The notes under the pieces are model-generated. The model saw only the letters and a list, made by a program, of their open reading frames with translations. It was not told the DNA's origin and did not search any database. From positions 1,409,730 to 1,432,406 of the forward strand of contig BCKQ01000002.1 of NCBI GenBank assembly GCA_001600695.1: a DNA stretch of 22,677 bases, in the 5' to 3' direction. Below are positions 10,484 to 19,100 of the stretch, piece after piece. Numbering within the stretch: the first letter of the stretch is position 1; every line of letters starts with the position of its first letter. Position numbers and translations under genes: made by a program. This stretch comes from Ascoidea asiatica JCM 7603. Taxonomy: Eukaryota > Fungi > Ascomycota.

Positions 10484-10998
10484 TTTTTTTTATTATTTTT
10501 TTTTTTTTTAAATCGAATTTAATAGATTGTTATAATAAAGAAAAAAGGAATTAAAATATTAGTTGAAGTATTACTAGTATTAATAATTTGAAATAGAAAG
10601 TAATATTAAAGAAAATATATTGGTAGATTTTGTTATTGTCTTAATTCTTCCGTACAATATGAAATGGGTTTTACTTGCTACTTTGCAGTGAGCTGCAGAC
10701 TAGAATTTGAAAACATAAGCTAACTCACTTTGGATTAAATCACTACTATTCACTAATTAACCCTGCGCACCATGAAGCTAAGAACAATGTTCTACAACGG
10801 CCAAAAAAGTTCCAAAGAATAAAGGAGGGAATTAGATTTCAGAGGATTATTTACTTTTTGAAATGCCACTCTTGTTAGTGTAATAATAAGAAACTTAAAG
10901 TCATACTCCGCCTTACCTTGGAAGATAGAAAACACTAAAAAGATAAAATAATACTTATCCTTAATAAAGAATTGATAGTCCAAATTTATTAATACATT

Positions 10999-11240
10999 TG
11001 ATTGTAGTTTGAACAAAATATCTAATTATTACTAAAAAAATATCTAATTCAAATTATAAGCAATTGTTAATTAAAATATAAAATATATAAAAATTATAAA
11101 AAAAATATGGAAGGTAAGTGCCCTATTTATATTAGTGGAAAATAGGAGCGGGTAACCCATCTTAAGAATAAATTTGTAAATTTAGTATGTGAAAGTTCAC
11201 TTCCCATACTTAAGAAAAAAAATAAAATGATTAACAATCA
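10999..11240 (-). repeat. 5' LTR (242 bp; internally shortened) of the Gypsy element
   Basis: TGATTGT...ACAATCA ends and homology to 5081-5570, but lacking the 248-bp block. Confidence 0.92.
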
Positions 11241-11331
11241 ACGGCGAAAGCCTCGGCAAGCCGGTGGGGTCGTTGTCCAGGCAGGCAGCAGTGCGGCTAG
11301 CAGCGTACCCGCATAAACCTTGAGTAGACAC
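11241..11331 (-). ncRNA. 5' half of the candidate structured RNA interrupted by the Gypsy element
   Basis: 56 of 90 bases are G+C (11241-11330). Hairpins at 11243-11252 and 11254-11263. Long-range complementarity to 4972-4982 and 5009-5013. Confidence 0.4.
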
Positions 11332-11369
11332 AAGAAAATTACACAAAAAATTCAGTTACAAATCGAATC

Positions 11370-11502
11370 TGAAGAAGAAGAAAGAAGAAGAATAAAGAAG
11401 AATAAAGAATAAACAGAGAAGAGAGAAGAGAGAAGAGTACTCGATTATTCGACTAGGAGAACTGTAAGAACTGAAAGAACTGAAAGAACTGAAAGAACTG
11501 AA
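11370..11502 (+). repeat. GA-rich microsatellites and a 9-bp tandem repeat (GAACTGAAA) x~5
   Basis: GAA/GAAGA units at 11370-11437; gaactgtaa followed by gaactgaaa units at 11459-11502. Confidence 0.8.
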
Positions 11503-12187
11503 GAGGTGCTTTTGAAACTTATACCGTTTAGTCGACGTATTATTTGAAGCTTATATAATTGTTCTTGTGAGAATATCTCATCGTTTCTTTTCCTTATCTT
11601 TTTTCTCTTTTTTCTCTTTTTTGATCGTTTTTCTGCTACTTTTTTCTATTTTTTAGACCGAAATTGACAATTTGAAGAGAGCAACCAGCCAATGGGCATT
11701 GAAAATGGCCGGAGATCCCTTAAGAAAAAAGATATATTTAAGTAATATTAAAAGTTTACTATAATGATACCCCTGTATTATATGCGACATTTAACCACTT
11801 TTAAACTCGAAATGTTTAATTTATAGAATAATCTAATTGATTTACCATAATATATTTTAGATCATTCGGCTATACTGAAATTATGAATGAATAATAGTAG
11901 TTAAACACCAACTTCAATATTTAAAACTTTTAAAACTTTTAAAACTTTTAAAAACTTTAAAGAATCTTTTTCATTATTTAACTTTTTTCTTTTTTTTCTT
12001 CAAGAATAAATTTTTCATTTCTTTCTCTTTAATCTCAACGAGTTTAATCCATTTGAAAATATTTATAAATATCCTTTAAAAGACTAAATTACTTTATTAT
12101 TTATTTATTATTTCTTTTCAACTTTCATTCAAATATTTCTTTTCAAATCTTAAACTTATTATTAATAATCGAATATTATAAAAAAAA

Positions 12188-13039
12188 ATGAAATATTTTG
12201 AAGTTTCAAGATCAAAAAGATTAGCTCAAGTTTCTTGTGCAATTCTTTGGTGTGCATTTGCTGGTGGTCCAGTTTTTGGTTTTGCAGCTATAAAACCATT
12301 TTTAATTAAAGAAGGTGTTTATCAAAATCAATGTCCTTCAATTTATCAAAATGATATTTTAAAAATTGATCATATAAATGAAAATACTGTTTTATGTCCA
12401 GAACAAGATTTAAAATTAAATTTAATTTTCACAATTTCTGCAGTTTTAACAAATTTATCATCTTTACCAATTGGTTTCATTTTAGATAATTTTGGTCCAA
12501 AAATTTCTTCATTAATTGGTGCTTTTTTAATTTTAATTTCTTCAATAATTTTAATTAATATAAATTTTTTATTAAAATTAGATCTTTTTGATCCATATTT
12601 ATTTGGTTTTTCTTTATTAGCTTTAGGTGGTCCATTTACTTATATTTCAACATTTCAATTATCAAATGCATTTCCAAAAAGTTCTGGAACAATTTTAGCT
12701 TTAATAACTGGTGCTTTTGATACTTCTTCTGCAACTTTTCTTTATTATAATATAATTTATTCATTTAATTCAAATTTTACAATTAATGATTTTTTTAAAC
12801 TTTATTTAATTATACCTTTATTTATAATAATTATTCAAATTTTTTTAATGCCTTGGGATTCTTTTGAACAAATTAATCCAAATTCAAAAGATTATCCAAC
12901 AAATAAATTTCAATCTAAATTTCAAAATGAATCTGAATCAATTTTTGAAAATGTTAATCAAATTGTTAATGAATCAACTTCACTTTTACAAAATTCTTCT
13001 CAAAATATTAATCAACATCTTTCAACTTCTATTAATAAC

Positions 13040-13083
<44 letters not shown>

Positions 13084-13867
13084 AATTAATAACACTTCTC
13101 GTCGTTCTTCATATGCTGAAATAACTGGTAGAAGAAAATCTTCTTTAGTTGATATTAATAGATTATCAAGAATTGAAGAAAATTTAACTCCTGATGAATT
13201 ATTAAATCAATCTGGTGGTTTATTTAATATTATGGGTAATAAATCTTTAAAATTACAATTTTTTTCTTTTTGGTTTATTTTAACTTCTCTTTTTGCTATT
13301 ATTCAAATGTTAAGATTAAATTATTTCATCTCAACAATTAATTCTCAATATACTTATTTATTAAATTCAATAAATTCTGCAAATTCTTTAAATCATATAT
13401 TTGATATAATGTTACCATTAGGTGGTTTAATTTCAATACCTTTTGTTGGTTATCTTTTAGATTCTTTTAATACTTTAATAGTTTTATCTTCTTTATCAAT
13501 TTTAACAATAACTATTGGAATTTTAGGTATAATTCCAAATTCATATCTTGCTGGACTTTTAAATATTTTACTTTTTACAATGTATAGACCTTTTTTTTAT
13601 ACAACTATAAGTGATTTTGTTGGAAAAATTTTTGGTTTTACTTCTTTTGGTATAATTTATGGTTCAATAATGTCAACTGCAGGAATTTTTAATTATTTAC
13701 AAAAATATCTTGATATTTATACTCATACAATTTTTAAAATGAATCCAATTCCAATTAATATAATCTTAGTTATTTTAACTTTTATTATAACTTCTTCTCT
13801 TATATTTTATGTTAATTATATTTCAAATAATATTGGTAAAAAAAAATTAGAAGAAATTCAAAATTAA
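12188..13867 (+). CDS. FMP42: Fmp42-like MFS membrane transporter (SLC43/LAT3-related)
   Basis: 559-aa multi-pass membrane ORF. AQVSCAILWC...FGFAAIKP.LIKEGVY, LC.EQDLKLN.IF and FQLSNAFP.SSGTILALITG.FD.SS match S. cerevisiae Fmp42/Ymr221c as recalled. Poly-Asn insertion in the central loop. Confidence 0.9.
13033..13081 (+). repeat. (AAT)n microsatellite encoding poly-Asn in the Fmp42 central loop
   Basis: About 16 AAT/AAC codons in tandem. Confidence 0.9.
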
Positions 13868-14186
13868 ATTAACTAGTTTTTTTTTTTATAACAAATGAAT
13901 TTGTTGATCAAATTTCCAATTTTATTCAAATATTTTATTTATATATATATTTAAATGTTATTATTCTTTCATATATTTAACGGTATTTTTTATTATATTT
14001 ATTCTCAAACATTCATTTTATCAAAATCTTCGGGGTTTTTTATTTTCATTTATATTTTATTTATTCTTCTTTAACTTTTCTTTTCTTTTATTTTACTTTT
14101 ACTTTTATTTTTATTTTTATTTTTATTTTTTGTAGATTTCTTATTATAACTTATTTTTTTATTAAATATTTAAATAAACATTCATC

Positions 14187-14194
14187 TATGTACA
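14187..14194 (-). promoter_or_regulatory. Puf3-binding element (UGUACAUA) in the MRPL28 3' UTR
   Basis: The + strand TATGTACA reads TGTACATA on the - strand, ~40 nt after the stop. It matches the Puf3 consensus UGUAHAUA typical of yeast mitochondrial ribosomal protein mRNAs. Confidence 0.7.
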
Positions 14195-14232
14195 AAATAA
14201 TATAATTTATAAATAATTAAACTTTAATTATT

Positions 14233-14763
14233 TTATTTCTTAATTTTAGTATTAATTGTTGGATCATAATCATAATTCCATGGTTTATTTGGAGGAAAAT
14301 CAGTTGGAACTCTCATTTCAATTGGAAATCTAATATTTTTCATTTCTTTTTGAGAATTGATTTTTGTAATTGAATTTGCATATAAAGTTTTATCAAATTC
14401 TTTTAAATCTTCAAGTGCTTCTTTAATTGAATTATATTTTAATTTTAAACTTTTATTTAATTTATCTCTTTTAGTCTTTTGAACTAAATTCCATGCACTT
14501 TCAACAGTTTCATGTCTTATAATATCTTCAGGAGCTAATTTTAATAATCTTGGTTGTTTTCTATTTGCTGATAATACTGACATTTGAGTAACTAATCTTT
14601 GAGTTCCTGGAGAAGCTTCACCTTTAGTTCTTTTACCACGAATAAATTGAACATTTGAAGATTTTATAAAAGTTGAAGATAAAAATGGCTCTGTTTGTGA
14701 TACACTTCTACTTGAAGATAGCACACTTTTCTTACTTATATTACTTATTCCACTATACAACAT
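14233..14763 (-). CDS. MRPL28: Mitochondrial large-subunit ribosomal protein mL40
   Basis: 176 aa with a Ser/Lys/Arg-rich presequence-like N-terminus. QRLVTQMSVLSANRKQPRLLKLA.EDIIRH.T.E.AW and RFPIEMRVPTDFPPN.PW.Y match yeast Mrpl28. Confidence 0.93.
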   Translation of the reverse strand: MLYSGISNISKKSVLSSSRSVSQTEPFLSSTFIKSSNVQFIRGKRTKGEASPGTQRLVTQMSVLSANRKQPRLLKLAPEDIIRHETVESAWNLVQKTKRDKLNKSLKLKYNSIKEALEDLKEFDKTLYANSITKINSQKEMKNIRFPIEMRVPTDFPPNKPWNYDYDPTINTKIKK

Positions 14764-15222
14764 TATGAATCTAAAAATTTATATTTGTATATGAATCGAA
14801 GATTGTTTGAATAACTTCAGTTGAATAAGCTCTTCACTTCTTTTCACCTGAAGTTAATCATTTCTTAAAAAACTGTCTATTTTCACATCTTCAAATTAAA
14901 TTCATCGAAATTCAGCTAAAAGTGAAAAATAATCAAATTTCAAGAAAATTAACAAAACACGTGTTATAAAGAGACCACTTTTGCGGACCTGGCTTTTTTC
15001 GAAATCCAAGCCACAAGGCTTCACATCATCATCGGCTGAGCTTGAAATTGACTTAAACTTAACAAACAAAATTGCTATCAGTGTCTGAGTTCTTTATCAA
15101 TTTATAATCAAACCATAGTCTATCAATTATCGTAAAACAGTTTATAAAATTGATAAAAGAATATATTTAATTGAAACTGTAGAGTTTTTTCATATGTGAA
15201 ATAAGTAATTGGAAATATCAAT
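14764..15222. promoter_or_regulatory. Divergent promoter between MRPL28 and the Pro-rich ORF, with a palindromic E-box
   Basis: 459-bp head-to-head spacer; AACACGTGTT at 14956-14965 directly abuts TATAAA. Confidence 0.5.
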
Positions 15223-15933
15223 ATGAACTCAAATAATTATCCTAGTGAGCCACCTCCTCCATATTCAGAAATCGATCCAAGTGGTAATACTAATAATGTC
15301 AATAGTAATACAGGTGCAAATTCTCCTCCATTACCACCAAGATCCTATGAAAGACCAGCTGTATCTAATCCAACAGTTCGATCAGATTCGGTGAATTACG
15401 AGGAAAAAAATGGAATACCTTCTCAAATTCAAGAACCAATTCCTACAAGTCATGGCTTTCAACCTCATTATAATAATGAATCTTATTCTCAATATGGCCC
15501 ATCTCCACCTGCAAGACCACCAATGAATCCTAAACTTACTTATAATATCAATAATAATTCCAATTCCGATACAAAAACCAAAATTAATTCAAAATTCAAT
15601 ACCAAATCTCATTCTAATCATGCAAATGGTTTTAATTTTGATTTAGGTAAAAGTAATAATAAAGTTCATGATTATTTCACGAATGAAAATTTGGATAAAC
15701 AAACAAAATTAGTGAAAAGTACAATTTCTGATTCTTTGAATAAATTAAATAAATTAAAGGATAATTACTCAAATAAAGCTCCAAAATATCCTCCTAGGCC
15801 AAGTTCATCAGCTTATCCTGGGTCTTCAAATGCAACTTATAATAACTTATCTAACTCATATTCAAATTCAAATTCAAACTCAGACTTAAATTCTAATTCA
15901 CAAACTCCTCAACTTCCTCCAAGACGTTACTAA
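15223..15933 (+). CDS. Uncharacterised disordered Pro/Asn/Ser-rich protein with PPxY and PxxPxR motifs
   Basis: 236-aa ATG-initiated ORF with host-like codon usage; contains EPPPPYSE, PPLPPR, PKYPPR and C-terminal PQLPPRRY. Confidence 0.75.
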   Translation: MNSNNYPSEPPPPYSEIDPSGNTNNVNSNTGANSPPLPPRSYERPAVSNPTVRSDSVNYEEKNGIPSQIQEPIPTSHGFQPHYNNESYSQYGPSPPARPPMNPKLTYNINNNSNSDTKTKINSKFNTKSHSNHANGFNFDLGKSNNKVHDYFTNENLDKQTKLVKSTISDSLNKLNKLKDNYSNKAPKYPPRPSSSAYPGSSNATYNNLSNSYSNSNSNSDLNSNSQTPQLPPRRY

Positions 15934-16146
15934 TAAAATTTCTTTTTTGTATAATTTTCAATTCTGATATTCATTTATTTATTTTTTTTTTTCTTTTTCT
16001 GCTGATGTTATTCTATATTTTATATATTATATATTATTATTGAATTCATATATTGATTATTTTTCTAATAAATAATTGTTTATTTATTAACTATTTTCGT
16101 TTAATTAGTATACATTTTATAAAGATTGAAGAAAAGTTAAAAATTC

Positions 16147-19100
16147 CTATAAAAGACTATCATTCCTATCACCATCATTTTTCAAAGTTGAGTTTCCATT
16201 ATTATGAATTGAAGCTTTTATCTTACCTTTTTTGATAATTTTAGGCTTTAATGGTTCCATTGGTAACGATAACAATGAAAAGCTATTATTATTTGTCGAT
16301 GTAGATATCACATTATTTTTTGGACTTAATGGCTTTATTGGTGATTGAAGTGAAAAACTTGGGGTTGGTGACATTTGAAATTCACCCATTGATTCATCGT
16401 CATCGTCATCGTCATCATCATTATTATCATCTTCTTGAATCACTTCTTCTTTTACTGATTTTTCCCTAGATTTTGATTTCAAAAATTCGGAATTAATATT
16501 GTTTTCAGTTTTATAATCTAAATCAAAGTGTACATTAACCCCAGTTTGCATGGTTGTAGAATTTATAATAGGAGAAGGAGAGGGTGAAGGCGATACTGAA
16601 GCTGCTTCAAAGCAGCCCCACCCGTCATCAACATCATCATCATCGTTCTCTTTTTCTTCGGTATTTTTATTGAATTTATTTTGGCTTAATTTTTTTGTCT
16701 CTAAAATAGAATTATGAGGAAGGTTTTCCTTAAGAGAGGTTGAAACGTTTATGGATTCTTGTTTAATATTCATTGTTTTATTTTCTATGATTTTTCTATC
16801 AGTCACCAGAGCCACTTTTATTGTATTATTACTCATGTCTAGATTTAAATTATTTTGAAGTTCAGGCATTTCATTAGTATCCGAATTTATATTCTGATTA
16901 TTCATGTTATCAATGGATGAACTCATATTGAAATCTCCAAAATCATCATCATCATTATCATTATCTTCGTTTTCTTCTTTTCCATTAATTCCATTATCTT
17001 GGCATATTTTTACTTTTACTTTATTTAGATCTCTATTATGATCAATTTTATTTTCAAGTATGTTCATATTTTCAATTTTATTATCCAATTTCGAGTCAAG
17101 CTCAAACATATCATTATATGATTGTTTTTTTGGTGAAAAACTCTGATTCACTTTCGGAATTTTTTGATTTACTGTAGAAATTGATGCAGGTAAAATAATT
17201 TGATGATGAATTTCTGGGGGTAATTGATTAAAAGAATCAATCTTCGATGATGACAATGAGGGTGATAAATCATTAGAAGAGTGATTCATGGATGGAAAAG
17301 TTTTTTGGGATAAAGCCTTGAATGGTAGTACTTTAGATGATGAAACACTTGTTGATGGTATTTTAGGTGGTAATATCTTAGGCGATAATATTTGAGAAGA
17401 CGATATATTGGGTGACAAGATTTTAGGTGACAAGATTTTGGGAGATAGTATTTCAGATGATAATATCGGGGGTGAAGATTTGTTAGACGCTAATGCCTTA
17501 TTTATAGAGATTTCATGCTTTTTAGCTGATTCAATACTCTCAGATAAATTTAACTTTTTAATAATAAGATTTCTTGATTCTTTTTCCTGACTTATTGAAG
17601 ACTGAGGGGGCTTATCAACTTTGGGGTCAATATTCACATCAGAGTCTACAATCAGTTTTGGACTTAGGTTCTCATTTGTTAAATTATCTATGTTTTCTTT
17701 TGTGATAATCTTCTTCTCAATATCAAAAGTAGGCGTTTCTATAGAAGAAATCTTCTTCTGAAGTTCTTTCTCTGATTGTATGTTTAATTCTTTTTGGCCT
17801 ATTTCAGTATTTTCCAAATTTTCTTTAACAATCATATTTATGCTCTTTGTGAAATCACTTTTGTTGTTGGATTCTTCTTTCGCCAGAGTAATGATCTCTG
17901 AATGTTTTTGGGGGGTATTGTCATTTTTTGTAGGGTTAAGAAAAGAAAACCAATTATTTGGATTTAATTTGATTTGGTTACTACTTTTTTTTGACTTTGA
18001 TTTAGTATTATCTGATTTATTTTCATTATCTGCAATTGAATCAGGGTCATTATCTGCAATTGAATCAGGGTCATTATATTCAGTTAAAGTAACTTCATTA
18101 TTAGATAAATCTCCTAATTGGCCATAATGAGTATTCTCAAAATTTCCAGAATTATCAATGCTATCATCATCACTCATATCAGAGGTATTATTTCCATTAA
18201 AATTTTTAAACTCAAACTTTCCAAAATCATCATCTTCATCACTTTTTGATTCTGATATTTCAGCTTTAATCGATGATTCTAAAGGATTTGTATTTTTTTT
18301 ATGTTGCTCAAAAAATTCAGTAGAAGATAGAGCTTCTTTTGAAATATTTTTATTATTATTTGAAACATTTGTAAAATTGAAAGTTTTATTGAAAAAATTT
18401 ATTAACTTAGCAGGATTTAAATTTTTTATATTTATTGAGTTTCCATTTTCATCTTTTGTTAAATCAATTTTCTTTAATATTGCTTCTGATTGCAATTCTT
18501 TGAGTTTTTGATCTGAATCTTTTTCTTTTTGTAATCTATCTTGAATAACTTTAAGATTATCTTCTTTTATTGATGATTCTTTTAATAATCTTTTCATTTT
18601 TAAATCATTTGCAGAATTTGTAGCACGAGAGATTAATTGTTGTGATACTGAAATGTTTCTACTATTTAAGTTGGAAGAATTATTATTACTATTAATTTTA
18701 GTTTTACTTTTACTGCTATTATTAAGTTCATTATCATTTTGAGTTGTAGACCAGCCAAATATTGAAGAGTAATCATTATTAGCATTAGCGATTAAATGTT
18801 TTGATAATTCATCATCAATAATTAAATTTGAATTTAAAAAAGAAATTGGATCAGAATTATTTGAAATATTAGAATCTTTAATATTATCTAAATTTTTAAC
18901 AATTGATAATAAATGAATTTGAATTGCAGAATTTTTCCATTTTGGTATATTTTGATATGGACGATGAAATTTATTTGAATTATTTGAATTTATAAATTGT
19001 TTTGTAGGTCTCATTAATGAAAAATAATATTTTCTTGATTTTTCACCATAATCTAATAAGTCTCTTGGATCTAAATCTGAATTGGAATTGGAATTGGAAT

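Larger units (their letters stand above)
5081..11240 (-). mobile_element. Full-length, decayed Ty3/Gypsy LTR retrotransposon (~6.16 kb)
   Basis: Two direct-repeat LTRs, both TGATTGT...ACAATCA. 4-bp target-site duplication ACGG (5077-5080 and 11241-11244). Internal domain order Gag-CCHC-PR-RT-RNaseH-IN on the - strand is the Gypsy order. Confidence 0.95.

Noticed and set aside
10981-11176. Tf1-like self-priming via 10-nt complementarity (10981-10990 vs 11167-11176)
   Set aside because: The match is very AT-rich, is not adjacent to the LTR, and its partner lies upstream of the likely TATA, so it is probably not in the transcript.
4982-11343. TGTAATT...AATTACA as ends of a third, older LTR hosting the Gypsy insertion
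   Set aside because: The flanks (GCTAC vs CAAAA) show no target-site duplication.
11531-11545. GTCGACGTA resembling the 5' end of yeast U3 snoRNA
   Set aside because: Not followed by the box A' / box A sequence or an intron; the match is too short.
12864-13124. 86-aa overlapping ORF in FMP42, and + strand ORFs at 16053-19513
   Set aside because: Alternative-frame or antisense shadows of real genes.
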